From the NCBI GenBank assembly GCA_965116905.1, contig OZ220732.1, positions 3,488,001-3,552,000 of the forward strand: a stretch of 64,000 bases of DNA. The letters run 5' to 3'. Shown here in pieces: positions 1-9,867 of this stretch. The notes beneath the pieces are model-generated. The model ran no database searches and had not been told where the DNA came from. It was given only the letters and a program-made list of their open reading frames with translations. A program made the position numbers and the translations under genes. The DNA comes from Longimicrobiales bacterium (GTDB lineage Bacteria > Gemmatimonadota > Gemmatimonadetes > Longimicrobiales > Gaopeijiaceae). The stretch's first letter is position 1. Each line of letters opens with the position of its first letter.

Positions 1-285
1 GTCGTTCGGCGAAGCGGGCCAGGCAGGGAGCCTGCCCCGGTTCCGCCGCGCGAGCGGCTGGAGCCAGACCCGCGAGACGGAGAGCATGATCGATCCGGCG
101 AGCATCACGGCCACGCCGGGCGCGAGAAAGTACCAGAGGTGGATCGCCCGGTGCAGGCCCGGATCGTGGTCAGCGATCAGGTCCAGGTACGGGTTGCCGC
201 CCGGACCGGGAAACGGCGCGAGGAACGCGCGCCAGGCGAGCGCCATGAGCGCCACTCCGATGATGACGAGCGTCCACGGCCTCAT
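1..285 (-). CDS. 5' part of a membrane protein, probable type IV coupling protein (VirD4/TraM-like); runs off window
   Basis: Open frame from ATG at 285 (MRPWTLVIIGVALMALAWRAFLAPFPGPGGNPYLDLIADHDPGLHRAIHLWYFLAPGVAVMLAGSIML...) with two hydrophobic segments, at the end of the T4SS operon; ATPase domain not visible. Confidence 0.4.
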   Translation of the reverse strand, partial: MRPWTLVIIGVALMALAWRAFLAPFPGPGGNPYLDLIADHDPGLHRAIHLWYFLAPGVAVMLAGSIMLSVSRVWLQPLARRNRGRLPAWPASPND

Positions 286-583
286 CGGTCCGACACCCTT
301 CCCGGAGGGACTGCTGCGACGCTAGCGACCCCTGGAGGGCGGGGGCGGGTGGTGCGCAAGCACACCCGGCCTCGAACCCGTACCGAGCCCTCGGCGAGGG
401 GGGTCGCTAGCGTCACGGCCTGTGCCGCCCGCGCGGCACGGGCCGGCCGGATCGCGTAGGCGCAGGACGTTGCCGCGCCAGCGGTTGCGCGCCGGTGCCG
501 GTGCGCACTGCGGAAGCCCTGAAGTGCGCATCGGACCCCCACGTCGTTTGCGCGCTCAGGTACGGCCGTAAGTCGCGGGGCGC

Positions 584-1504
584 TCATCGGTATCGCGCCC
601 CCTGGAGACGCACCGTCTGCCAGACGAGTCCGCGGTCGATGGAACCGCGCCGCGCCTGGCTTTCGAGCGCGATGCTCCGCTTTAGGGCGGCCTGGAGGCC
701 GCCGAAATCCTCGAGGACATGGACCGCGCCCTGGAGGATCGCCCGTTCGATCCGCGCCAGCTCCTCCACGATCCCGGGGTCGGGCTCGCCGGGACCGGAG
801 GACTCGGCCCAGCCGCGCGTCACGCGCCGGGCCCGTTCAAGTTCTCGGGTGGTGCGGGCGACCGCCACGATCTCCGACGACAGGCCCCGGCTCCGGAGCG
901 CGCGCCAGAGCCCACCGTGCGCCTTTCCCCAGGAACGGAGCGCGGTCGCCGTGTCGTGGCCGGGCTCGGCGTAGACGAACAGGGCGCGCGCCGAGTCCAG
1001 CGCGACGGGCAGCTTGAGCGGGAAGTGGCGCCGGGTCGTGCCGGCGGCTCCCCGGTAGACCTTGACGGGCAGCAGGTCGCGCTCGATCCCGAGCGCCTCG
1101 AACGCCGCGACCTTCTCCTGTTCGGTCGGAAGCCACGGCAGGTCGGAGTGCTCGATCACGTAGTCGAGCGAGAGCAGGCGGCGCAGGAGCACCTCGGGGG
1201 ACGCCTTGCGGCGGTGGCGGATGTGCTCCGCGCCGAGCGCGCGATACAGGCCCCGCGCGTAGATCCGGCACACGCGCCCGATCCCCCGGATGCCGGGCAC
1301 GGTCTCCTCGGCCGCCAGACCCTGCCCGATTAGCGCCACCACGAGCCGGCGCGCCCGCTCGTGGTGCGTGTCCAGGAACCGCGTCGCCTGCGCGCGCGTG
1401 AACACCCCGCTGTGCAGGCATACGAGCGCGATCCACTCGGCCTTCCTGCCCGTCCAGCCGAACGCTTCGAGTGCCTGCTCGCGGCCCTTGAGATGCGCGA
1501 TCAT
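584..1504 (-). CDS. Conserved hypothetical protein of the T4SS operon (possible DNA-binding protein)
   Basis: 306-aa ORF translationally coupled (ATGA overlap) to virB8; decayed paralogue at ~48.5-48.8 kb. Confidence 0.75.
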   Translation of the reverse strand: MIAHLKGREQALEAFGWTGRKAEWIALVCLHSGVFTRAQATRFLDTHHERARRLVVALIGQGLAAEETVPGIRGIGRVCRIYARGLYRALGAEHIRHRRKASPEVLLRRLLSLDYVIEHSDLPWLPTEQEKVAAFEALGIERDLLPVKVYRGAAGTTRRHFPLKLPVALDSARALFVYAEPGHDTATALRSWGKAHGGLWRALRSRGLSSEIVAVARTTRELERARRVTRGWAESSGPGEPDPGIVEELARIERAILQGAVHVLEDFGGLQAALKRSIALESQARRGSIDRGLVWQTVRLQGARYR

Positions 1505-2193
1505 CGCTCCTCTCCGGTCACCAGCGCCCGGTCTGCTTGCAGGTAGGTGACGAGGATGCCCATCGGGTTGTGGACGACCAGCTCGGGCGGGATGGTCTCA
1601 AGGAACTCGAACCGCAGCGAGAGCGACCAGCGCTCGCGCAGGACCTCCTGCCCTCCGGCGAGATGCACGAGCTCGAAATCGGCGGTCGCGCCGTGGGGCG
1701 GTTCGGGCGAGGGGTGGATGCGGAGCACGACGCGCTCGACCTGGCGCTCGGTCTCGGCGGTGCCGGCCGCCACGCTCGCGACCTCGTCGCCGTCGCGCGC
1801 GAACGCGGCGTTGGCGAGTTCGGTCGACAGGAACCGGAGGCTCCGGGTCCACTGCTCCTCGACGGTCGCGCGGCGCCGCGAGTGGAAGTCCGTGACGAAC
1901 CGGTTCAGGAAGTACTTGGTCGTGGGATCGAGCGGATCGGCCTGCGCGGTCGCGGCCTCGTAGGCCAGTGCCTCGGCGCGGCCCACATCGTCGACCCGGA
2001 CGACGATGGGTTTGGGCGGCTCGGTGCCCGCCAGGCGAAGCAGGACGAAGACGCCGAGCACGATGCTCGCCGACAGGAAGATCAGGATCGTCCTGAGCTT
2101 CCGGTTCGCCTGCACCGCCTCGCCCCAGATCTCGGCGTACTCGCGGCCAGCGTCTCCATCTCCGTTTATTCGGGCTCGTTTCATGCGTGGCAT
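1501..2193 (-). CDS. virB8: VirB8/TrbF family T4SS protein
   Basis: N-terminal TM helix, PIVVRVDDVGRA and C-terminal HNPMGILVTY motifs; operon position. Confidence 0.85.
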   Translation of the reverse strand: MPRMKRARINGDGDAGREYAEIWGEAVQANRKLRTILIFLSASIVLGVFVLLRLAGTEPPKPIVVRVDDVGRAEALAYEAATAQADPLDPTTKYFLNRFVTDFHSRRRATVEEQWTRSLRFLSTELANAAFARDGDEVASVAAGTAETERQVERVVLRIHPSPEPPHGATADFELVHLAGGQEVLRERWSLSLRFEFLETIPPELVVHNPMGILVTYLQADRALVTGEER

Positions 2194-2203
2194 CTCCTAG
2201 TGG

Positions 2204-3193
2204 TCAGACGGGTTTGACGGGGGCGGCGGCCTTGCTGGCGCCCTGCATGACGAGGGCGACGAACCCGGACCCTGCGGAGCCGGAGCCGGACACGAGCATC
2301 GAGGCGAGTTCGCCGACCTTGAGCCCGGCCATGAGGCCGGAGACGACGAGCGGCATGAGCACGACGGCCCAGAGCCAGAGCTCGGCCGGATCGGCCGTGC
2401 CGGTGCCCATCAGCGCCTCGGCGTAGGTCGTAATGTAGCCGAGCCCGACGCCCATGAAGACCCGCAGGATGGCGCCGGCCACGACGCCGTAGAGCGTGTA
2501 GACCATCATGGTCCGGAACCAACCCCAGAACAGGAACGAGAGCGGCTCGAAGAGCAGGAACGCGATGAACACGGGACCGAGCAGGATCGCGATCGCGATG
2601 GCGACCTGCGCCCATATGACCTGCCCGTAGGTGATGCAGAAGAGCGCGAGCAGGCAGACCACGAGCGAGGCGCCCATCACGAGCGAGACCAGCGAAGAGA
2701 AGATGACGGTCAGGCCCGAGGTCATGATCGAGAGCACGCTTCCGCTCGACCAGGCGCTGCCCAGGTGCGCGCCGTACGCCTGCACCAGCGACGTCATCTC
2801 GGTGTAGCCCGCCGACACCACGTCGGAGAGGAACAGGTTCTGGAGCCAGATCCCGCCGGAGGCGAGCATGGCCGGGAACGTGAGCCCGACCCCGGGAATC
2901 GGGACGACGTAGTAGTGGAGCAGCGTGCGGGGGATGGCGATCCCGATCACGAGCTTGACGATCTCCCAGGGGTGGAACGTGCCGCTGAACGCGATCTTGA
3001 GCCCCGTCCACGCGACCATGACGGCGGCGAGCCCGCCCCAGAGCTGGAGTCCGAGCGCGTGCACGTCCGACGCGGCCCCGCCGACGACGGTGTCGAGCAC
3101 CACGTCCAGGAACCCCTTGAAGTCCTGGAGCTGATCCGGCGGGATCTGCGTCGGGACGTTCGGATCGATCGACTGCTGCACGGCGAACGCCAC
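2204..3193 (-). CDS. virB6: VirB6/TrbL family T4SS inner-membrane protein
   Basis: Multi-TM protein with LLGPVFIAFLLFEPLSFLFWGWFR motif, Gly/Ser-rich tail. Confidence 0.85.
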   Translation of the reverse strand: MAFAVQQSIDPNVPTQIPPDQLQDFKGFLDVVLDTVVGGAASDVHALGLQLWGGLAAVMVAWTGLKIAFSGTFHPWEIVKLVIGIAIPRTLLHYYVVPIPGVGLTFPAMLASGGIWLQNLFLSDVVSAGYTEMTSLVQAYGAHLGSAWSSGSVLSIMTSGLTVIFSSLVSLVMGASLVVCLLALFCITYGQVIWAQVAIAIAILLGPVFIAFLLFEPLSFLFWGWFRTMMVYTLYGVVAGAILRVFMGVGLGYITTYAEALMGTGTADPAELWLWAVVLMPLVVSGLMAGLKVGELASMLVSGSGSAGSGFVALVMQGASKAAAPVKPV

Positions 3194-3484
3194 CTAGTTG
3201 CCCCCGTAGAACGACGGGATCTTCAGGAGCAGCCCGTCGCGGAGCCCGTCGCGGTTGCGGGAAGCCGCGTCGCGGAGCGTCCCGGCCAGCGCGTTCGCGC
3301 GCATCCGGCCCTCGCGCCATTCGGCGAGCCGTTCGAGCTGCGCGAGTTCGGCCAGCCGCGCCCGGCTCGCCTCCTGGGCCGCCTGGTGGGCGAACACCTG
3401 GGCCACGGCCGCGTCAATGCGGCCCTGGCTCAGCGCGGCCGCCACTTCGGCCTGCTGGAGGGCTGTATTGGACAGGTTGCCGTT
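3194..3484 (-). pseudogene. trbJ: 3' part of split TrbJ/VirB5-like gene
   Basis: NGNLSNTALQQAEV... continues in frame from the 5' part ending ...GLTANGNLS at 21539. Confidence 0.8.
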
Positions 3485-3605
3485 TTCTGTCGATCGAGGT
3501 TCAGGGACGTTCGCTAGAATCCCAATAAGTGTTGTAAGCAAAGGGATTACAGGACATACAGCCTCCAGCGCGATCCGCTCCCACTCCTTGACATCCCGGT
3601 GATTA

Positions 3606-3657
3606 TTGGGGCATCATTCAGGGGCAACTCTCTCTAGCTCTTACAGGATGCCCCAAC
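3606..3657 (+). promoter_or_regulatory. Candidate integrase arm-binding repeats (left att)
   Basis: TTGGGGCATC, CAGGGGCAAC and inverted ATGCCCCAA; matched by TTTGGGGCAAC/TGGGGGCATC at 21462-21485. Confidence 0.6.
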
Positions 3658-4875
3658 ATGCCACTGACAGCCACCGCCATCCGCAAGGCCAAGCCTCGCG
3701 AGAAGCCGCGCAAGCTCTACGACAGCCGCGGCCTCTACCTCGAAATCGCTCCCCGCGGCACGAAGGCTTGGCGCTTCAAGTACCGCTTCGCGGGCAAGGA
3801 GAAGCGGATCTCCATGGGGATCTATCCCGAGGTCTCGCTGAAGCTCGCGCGGCGGCGCAGGGACGAGGCCCGCAAGCTGCTGGCGCGGGAAATCGACCCC
3901 AGCGCCTACCGGAAGGCTCGGAAGCAGTCCCGGCGGCAGGGGGCCAGGAACAGTTTCGAGGCCGTGGCAACCGAATGGCTGACCAAGCACTCGCCCAACT
4001 GGTCCACGGGCTGGGTTCGGCGGCTTGAGCGCGAGCTGGAGCGGGAGGCCTTCCCCTACATCGGCGCGAGTCCGGTCGCGGAAATCACCGCACCGGACCT
4101 GCTGGCGGTGGTCCGCCGCGTCGAGGCGCGCGGTCATCTGAGGAAGGCGCACACCGTCTTCCAGGTCTGCGGCCGCGTACTCCGCTACGCGGTGGCGACG
4201 GGACGCGCGGAGCGGGACGTGTCGGCGGATCTGCGCGGGGCGCTGCCGCCCGTCAAGACGAAGCACTTCGCGGCGATCACCGACCCGAAGGAGGTCGGTC
4301 CGTTGCTCCGGCAGTTGGACACCTACTCCGGAACGCTTCCCGTTCGCTGCGCGCTCCGTCTCGCGCCGCTGGTGTTCGTGCGCCTCGGCGAGTTGGTCGC
4401 GGCGGAGTGGGCCGACATCGACCTTGAGGGGGCCGAGTGGCGCTACACGGTCACGAAGACCGGCAGGCCGCATGTGGTGCCCTTGGCGCGTCAGGCGGTC
4501 GCGATCCTGCGCGAGGTTCATCCAATGACGGGGCATCACCGCTATGTCTTCCCGAACGCGCGTTTTCCGTACCGGGAACTGCCGATGAGCCGTGGCACGC
4601 TCTGGAGCGCGTTCCGGGCGTTGGACATCCCGAAGGAGCGGATGACGATGCACGGGTTCCGGGCGATGGCGCGCACGATTCTGGACGAGGTGCTGGGGTT
4701 CCGGCCCGACTTCATCGAGCACCAGTTGGCCCACGCGGTTAGGGATCCCAACGGACGGGCGTACAACCGGACGGCATTCCTGCCCGAGCGGCGCGTTATG
4801 ATGCAGGCGTGGGCCGACTACCTCGACCGCCTCCGGGCCGGGGAGATCGAGCCCCGGCCTCACAAAGCACCTTAG
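3658..4875 (+). CDS. int: P4-like tyrosine integrase with N-terminal arm-binding domain
   Basis: KLYDSRGLYL/WRFKYRFAGKEK N-terminus; VRLGE, HGFR, QLAH, AYNR catalytic motifs. Confidence 0.95.
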   Translation: MPLTATAIRKAKPREKPRKLYDSRGLYLEIAPRGTKAWRFKYRFAGKEKRISMGIYPEVSLKLARRRRDEARKLLAREIDPSAYRKARKQSRRQGARNSFEAVATEWLTKHSPNWSTGWVRRLERELEREAFPYIGASPVAEITAPDLLAVVRRVEARGHLRKAHTVFQVCGRVLRYAVATGRAERDVSADLRGALPPVKTKHFAAITDPKEVGPLLRQLDTYSGTLPVRCALRLAPLVFVRLGELVAAEWADIDLEGAEWRYTVTKTGRPHVVPLARQAVAILREVHPMTGHHRYVFPNARFPYRELPMSRGTLWSAFRALDIPKERMTMHGFRAMARTILDEVLGFRPDFIEHQLAHAVRDPNGRAYNRTAFLPERRVMMQAWADYLDRLRAGEIEPRPHKAP

Positions 4876-5054
4876 CGTGCCCACAGCCCAACGTCACGGC
4901 GTTGTCCCTACGACGGCGAACGCTAAGCCGATGCCTGGCGTGAAAAAGGGCAGCAGTGCGGGGAAGACGATTGCACCGCCACAGTTGGTGCTCTGCCATC
5001 GCACCGGCCAAGTAAGCGCACTGGGAAGAACACCCGGCCGCATGGGCCCCGCGG

Positions 5055-5615
5055 CTACGGTCGGAGTCGCAGGCCGACGAACGCCGCAGCGGGGCCATGG
5101 AAGTCCAGACGGACGACTGGGCTCAAGGCGGATTCCGTGACGCCGATCTGAATGGGCACCCATCGGTCGCCACTGAGCAACGAACCAACCGCGAATCCCA
5201 GGGCGCCTCCGATCCCGACCCCGGCGAACAGATTCCGCGCAGTGTTTTCGTAGTACACGGCGCCCTGCTTGCACCCGATGAGACCTTGATCGGAGCAACG
5301 CGAAGACGCCGCAAGACCCACCAACCCGCCAAAGGCGCCGCCAAGAGCGCCCGCTATCCAAGGAGTCCTGCTTCGGCGGCTTTTCTCCAACGAGATAATC
5401 TCTGCATAAGCGACGGAGAAGGAGATGTCTTCCCTCGCGCCGTCCAGCGCCAATTCAAATCCGTTCCCGCTTACCGCCGTGATCTCGCCGACCACCATAC
5501 CAGCGGTCGTGGTTGCGCGAACGCGATCGCCGACTTGCTGCCCGAGCAGGGGCTGGGGGGCAGCCACGAGGCCGACCGCCATGACCAGGAAGACTCCAGG
5601 AATCTTGTTAGACAC
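5055..5615 (-). CDS. Exported glycine-zipper-type membrane protein (paralogue of next gene)
   Basis: Signal peptide, GDRVR motif, GxxxG-rich helices; start approximate. Confidence 0.65.
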   Translation of the reverse strand: MSNKIPGVFLVMAVGLVAAPQPLLGQQVGDRVRATTTAGMVVGEITAVSGNGFELALDGAREDISFSVAYAEIISLEKSRRSRTPWIAGALGGAFGGLVGLAASSRCSDQGLIGCKQGAVYYENTARNLFAGVGIGGALGFAVGSLLSGDRWVPIQIGVTESALSPVVRLDFHGPAAAFVGLRLRP

Positions 5616-5685
5616 CTCCTCCCGGCTCAGAGACCCGTGGCGTGCGAGCCGCCTTCTGGAGAAGTGCTCAGTCCCGGTTGAGCGG

Positions 5686-6234
5686 TCAGAACCGGAGCCG
5701 CGCGCCAAGAACAACGGCAGGAAGGCCATCATTGCCTCCGAATTCGATGGTTGGGCTGAGGGTGGAGTGCTGACCTTCGACCGGAGCGGGCACCCAGCGT
5801 TCGTTTCCGCCGAGGGCGGATAAACCAGCAACGAGTCCGCCCCCGACCACGGCGCCGATCCCAGCGATCCACCACGTGTTGGGGTTCGTGGCACAGCCAG
5901 TGCCGGGACAGAAGTTGGCAAACACTATACCGACCAATCCTCCCCCAAGACCCCCCAAACCGATCCCCAGCCAAGGCATTGCCACTCCGTGGCTTCTTTC
6001 CATTAGGCGGATGTCCGCCCGGGCGACGGAGTAGAACGGGCCCTCCAACGCGACCAATTCCCATCCGTCCAGGGCCAGGTCGACTCTGTCTTCGTGCACC
6101 GCCACCACCTGTCCGATCAGCAGGCGAACGTCGGTTCGAACCCGAACGCGGTCACCACGGTCCTGGGCGAGGAGTGCCTGCGCGCCGACCGGGAGGCCGA
6201 GGGTCAGGACCAGCAAGAGCCCAAAACGCATCAT
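5686..6234 (-). CDS. Exported glycine-zipper-type membrane protein
   Basis: Signal peptide MMRFGLLLVLTLG, GDRVRV motif, GxxxG helices; coupled to upstream gene. Confidence 0.7.
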   Translation of the reverse strand: MMRFGLLLVLTLGLPVGAQALLAQDRGDRVRVRTDVRLLIGQVVAVHEDRVDLALDGWELVALEGPFYSVARADIRLMERSHGVAMPWLGIGLGGLGGGLVGIVFANFCPGTGCATNPNTWWIAGIGAVVGGGLVAGLSALGGNERWVPAPVEGQHSTLSPTIEFGGNDGLPAVVLGARLRF

Positions 6235-6683
6235 GACGGAACCCCGCTTCGGAATCCGTTCGAGCTCGATATCTCGGTCGGGGAAGACTTCTCCTCGGCG
6301 ACGTTTGGCGTCGGCGGCAGGACGACGTTGCAAGCGTCTCTGCTGATCCCGCGCCAGTCGCCCGTTGCGGCGTCAATCACCGCGGGAAACACACTCAGAA
6401 GGATGCCGGGGACAACGTCAACGAGCAGCCAACCGACTTCGAATTCGGATCCGAGGATGCATGCGACATCGGAGTGGCCGTCCTTCTTGAAGACAACTGT
6501 GTGGGATTCCTGGTTGTCGAGCTCCACGGACAGCGGAGTCTTGCCGCGCATGATTCCGTTGACCCATACCTCGGCCTCCATTGGGCTCGAATACATGCCG
6601 ACTGCCTTTACCTCGCTGTTGAAAAGGGTAGCGCAGCCGGAACTCGAAACGGCGACAAGGACCAGGACGGCCAGGTGTTTCAT
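6231..6683 (-). CDS. PEGA-domain lipoprotein
   Basis: Lipobox SSGC, SSPMEAEVWVNG..GKTP..VVFKKDGH PEGA pattern, GGAGG RBS. Confidence 0.75.
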   Translation of the reverse strand: MKHLAVLVLVAVSSSGCATLFNSEVKAVGMYSSPMEAEVWVNGIMRGKTPLSVELDNQESHTVVFKKDGHSDVACILGSEFEVGWLLVDVVPGILLSVFPAVIDAATGDWRGISRDACNVVLPPTPNVAEEKSSPTEISSSNGFRSGVPS

Positions 6684-6859
6684 CGTCGACTTCCTCCCTC
6701 GTGATGGACTCCACGATCTGCGCGGTCGAAACTTCGCGCCGGGACCATGTCTCCGTCAAACGGGCGGTCCGCCGCGCGGTGCTGCGCTCGGGTGGCAAGC
6801 CACTGGACGCCATCGTCAGCGGCTCGGACCATGATCGCGATCCGGTTCCGGACGGCGCA

Positions 6860-7096
6860 TCAGATACGGAGGCCGCGCGGTCTCGCGCCGGTGGATGTCC
6901 CGTAGTACTCGGCCAAGCGTGTCACTTGCCCGTCGAGCCGCTCGATTTGCCGCTGCAAGACTTCGTTCTCCCCGCTCAGCCGCTCGACGCGCCGCCGCAA
7001 GGCTTCGACCTGCCCGGATTGCCGCCGCTGTTCCCTCTCGTACTGCGCGGACAACCTCTCCAAGGCGGTCGTCAACTGCCGTTCCAAATCGTTCAC
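6860..7096 (-). CDS. mbeD: MbeD/MobD-like mobilization protein
   Basis: DLERQLTTALERLSAQY coiled coil, nested in relaxase C-terminus as in ColE1. Confidence 0.7.
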   Translation of the reverse strand: MNDLERQLTTALERLSAQYEREQRRQSGQVEALRRRVERLSGENEVLQRQIERLDGQVTRLAEYYGTSTGARPRGLRI

Positions 7097-7108
7097 GCAG
7101 CTTCCTCC

Positions 7109-7609
7109 TCACTCTCTCAAGAGCTTCAAGTAGGGCCGCCCGTCCATCGTGAACGCCGGACGGACCGGAGTGCGGGCGGGGAGCGCCACGTACCGCTCCC
7201 CGCTGATCTCCCGCAACTCGACGCCCCAGGTCGTCTCCTGCATCCCGGCCAGGGTCTCGCGCGCCCGCTCGATCCGCACGTTCACCTCCGTCAAGGTCTC
7301 GAACCGGGAGTCGATGATCCTCGACAGCCAATGCATCGTCGCCCAGCTGCCGCCGCAGATACCGAGAAAAAGGCTCAGGCCGACGATCAGGGGCCGGAGC
7401 CAGACCCTCATCAGCGACTCGCGCATCCGCGCGGTCGCCTTCTCCGTATCGGCCTCGATGGAACGCAGCGCGCCGCTTGCGACGGCGCTCAAGTTCTCTC
7501 CAAGCCGCGCGAGCTCTCTCGCGGCCGCGTCCTCGATCCGTTGCCGGTCGGCCTCCAGCCTGCTCCTCAGCCGGGAGGTCAAGTCGCCCGGGCTCGAAGT
7601 CTCGCTCAT
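7109..7609 (-). CDS. mbeB: MbeB/MobB-like mobilization protein
   Basis: Coiled coil, one TM helix, TWGV motif; nested in alternative frame of relaxase. Confidence 0.7.
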   Translation of the reverse strand: MSETSSPGDLTSRLRSRLEADRQRIEDAAARELARLGENLSAVASGALRSIEADTEKATARMRESLMRVWLRPLIVGLSLFLGICGGSWATMHWLSRIIDSRFETLTEVNVRIERARETLAGMQETTWGVELREISGERYVALPARTPVRPAFTMDGRPYLKLLRE

Positions 7610-7967
7610 ACAGTTCTCCCTTCAGCCGCCACCGCTTTCCGCTGTCCGGATCGCGGGCGGTGATGTAGTCGTGGCCCTGGCGCGGTACCTCCAACCCCAC
7701 GTCCTCAAGGGCGGAGACCACGTCGGCGCGGCCCTTTACCGCGCCGTGCTCGACGCGCTGCACGAGGTAGTCGCGGATCAGTGTGCGCGGGTCCGCCTCG
7801 TGTTCGAGCCCGGCCCGCAGCTTCGACGCCTCGATGTAGGCCACGTGGCCCGGCCGCTGCGCCCTCGCGCGCGCCGGGTCGTCCGGGCGGCTCCAGCCGT
7901 GCTCGTGGTTGAAGGCGTCGCGTAGCGGAGCGAAGGTCTTCTCCCAGCCGGGGGGCGCGATGTTGAG

Positions 7968-8110
7968 GCGGAACGCCGAAGGTCTGAATCCCGGCAGGAA
8001 GTCGTCTAAGTCTAATCTGGACTGCACGATCTGCGTTTCTTGCCGTTGTACTGGACCCTGCTGGACCGTGCCGCGAAAGAGGGAAAACCGGACCTGAATG
8101 GCGGGAGTCC
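7968..8110. repeat. Element-terminus repeat, copy A
   Basis: Ungapped similarity to 60318-60460 and (inverted) 20845-20987 and 52072-52220; core GCAGATCGTGCAGTCC. Confidence 0.85.
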
Positions 8111-8274
8111 GCCACGAAGCAGAAACGCCTGCAAGGGCAGAGCTTTCACCGCCGAACCCCAAGCAACTGCCAGTCATGGCGGCGGAACTGTCTCGGAATG
8201 ACAGATCGCGGCGGAACCTGTTAGGTTTGAGCCGATCCAGCCTGAATCATCCCCCACACCGAGGAGGGAGGCCA

Positions 8275-8661
8275 ATGACTCGCGCTACGGCGTTCGTGCT
8301 GGTGGCGCTACTGGCGATTTCCGGCTGCATGACGGAGCCGGAAGACGTTCCCCTTTCCGGGACATGGACCGGAAGCGCTGAAGTGGACGGCACCGTCGTT
8401 TCGTTCACGTGGGAGCTTCGGGAAAGCGGAGGCGTGATCGCCGGTTCCGCATCGTTCACCCTCGATCCCGTGACCGTCACGGGGGACGTAACCGGGTCGT
8501 ACACCCACCCCGATGTCAGGATGACCTTGGTAGTACATTTCGAGCCTGGCGACACGTTGGATTTTCGATGGGTGGGAACGCGGACGAGCGACGACGTGTT
8601 GAGCGGCGTCCTACACGACCCGGACGGCGGACAGACCTCGATGACGTTGCGCCGTGGATAG
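8275..8661 (+). CDS. Small beta-rich lipoprotein
   Basis: GGAGG RBS, lipobox ISGC, LSGTWTG motif. Confidence 0.7.
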   Translation: MTRATAFVLVALLAISGCMTEPEDVPLSGTWTGSAEVDGTVVSFTWELRESGGVIAGSASFTLDPVTVTGDVTGSYTHPDVRMTLVVHFEPGDTLDFRWVGTRTSDDVLSGVLHDPDGGQTSMTLRRG

Positions 8662-8809
8662 GGCTTGACGGGATCTCACCCTATAGGCGCGGCGATTCCG
8701 GATCAGAATCGAATCTCGCGCCGGGCGGTTTCAGGTGCTTCCAAAGACCGGCTCCCGTTCTGTTGTGACGCAGCCGCTGGGCCGCGCTGTCAAAGCGGGA
8801 AGTGTGAGA

Positions 8810-9349
8810 ATGACTAGTTCCCCCATCATGCAGAGTATCGTCTGGCTCGATGCGTTTGACAAACGCCGACGGGAATACAAGAGGCTGGGGTGGGTCTACG
8901 CCGCGCGGAGCCCGTGCTTTGCCGATCCCGTCTTCAAGGTTGGCCAGACGAAGGTCTCGCCGGTCGTGCGGGTCGAGCGGCTGAGCAGTTCCACGTCCGT
9001 GTATCGACCCTTCCAGTTGGTGTACTTCGTGCATGTCTCGGATCGCGACCAAGCGGAAGGCCATGTCCATCAGGCATTGGCGGCCTCGCGGGTCAACCCA
9101 GCGAAGGAGTTCTTTGAGGTCCCCATCACCACCGTGATACGGGCTCTCGACGAAGCGGCGAGCTACTGGCCCATTCAGCTTGGACGCACCCCGCGTTCCG
9201 GTTATCTGGAACCCGCGTTGAAACCGCGAGTGGTCGTGTGTCGGCAATGCGGCGGTAAGACCAAGGTGCCTCGCCTGCTCATCAGCGTCCACGTCACCTG
9301 CAAGCATTGCTCCACAGGGTTCGAGTTGGCTTCCGACGTAGCCGGGTAG
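8810..9349 (+). CDS. GIY-YIG (T5orf172-like) nuclease with C-terminal zinc ribbon
   Basis: GWVY..FKVGQT...R...L..STSV..PF, AEGHVH, KEFF; CxxC...CxxC. Confidence 0.8.
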   Translation: MTSSPIMQSIVWLDAFDKRRREYKRLGWVYAARSPCFADPVFKVGQTKVSPVVRVERLSSSTSVYRPFQLVYFVHVSDRDQAEGHVHQALAASRVNPAKEFFEVPITTVIRALDEAASYWPIQLGRTPRSGYLEPALKPRVVVCRQCGGKTKVPRLLISVHVTCKHCSTGFELASDVAG

Positions 9350-9657
9350 TTGTGGGGCCAGAGGCGCGCTGAGAGGCCGTTTCCGGGCGGAGCGGGGGCT
9401 TTTCGGGTCGTCGGATGGCCTTGGATCGACGATCTCCGGTCGCCGAAGGGTACGGGCAAGGTGGAAATCGGTGCGCGGCAGAGAGCGCCGTCGCGCAAAG
9501 ACTCCACGGAGTGCCCCGTCGTCCTCGCCGACCCAGAGGCCGACGATCACGAGGCCAAGGAGCTTGCCCGTGACGGCTTGGTGGATGCGGCTTCGGGGGC
9601 GGTGCGCGGGAGCGTCCTCGCGGGCGTCCGCGGGGTGGCTTGAGCCACGCTAATGTG

Positions 9658-9722
9658 GCTAAGCCAGCCTACCCCTTGTGGGTACAAAGGGGCTGGCGAG
9701 GGGCTCCGCCCCTTCGATCCCC
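9658..9722 (-). promoter_or_regulatory. oriT: oriT-like site
   Basis: GGGGCGGAGCCCC hairpin-GCCAG-inverted repeat-GGCTGGCTTAG, resembling ColE1 nic context CTGG^CTTA. Confidence 0.55.
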
Positions 9723-9867
9723 TAAAGGCCAGCGCCCGCGGCACTCGGCACAGCCTAGCTCCTCCCGTCATGGGGCAACCGGGGCAATGGACCCGGTAGG
9801 GGGGCGCGGCCCATGTCTACCACCCTTCAGAATCCGGCCCCCGATCAAGAGGCAGATAAGGTCGTCC

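Larger units (their letters stand above)
6816..7969 (-). pseudogene. mobA: 3' part of split MOBP (ColE1 MbeA-like) relaxase
   Basis: LNIAPPGWEKTFAPLRDAFNHEHGWSRPDDP..., continues in frame from 14348; nested mbeB/mbeD-like ORFs. Confidence 0.85.

Noticed and set aside
282..587. 101-aa ORF overlapping both neighbours by ATGA
   Set aside because: Arg/Ala-rich with no motif; the region has inverted repeats (TGCGCACT...AGTGCGCA) and may be the ICE oriT, but neither reading can be supported
3485..3541. In-frame TTG inside the att region that could restart the TrbJ C-terminus
   Set aside because: No clear RBS or signal peptide; probably chance
3634..4884. Long antisense ORFs (also 12412-14085, 25334-26842, 38004-39857, 62115-63827 and others)
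   Set aside because: Shadow frames of real genes in GC-rich DNA; no motifs
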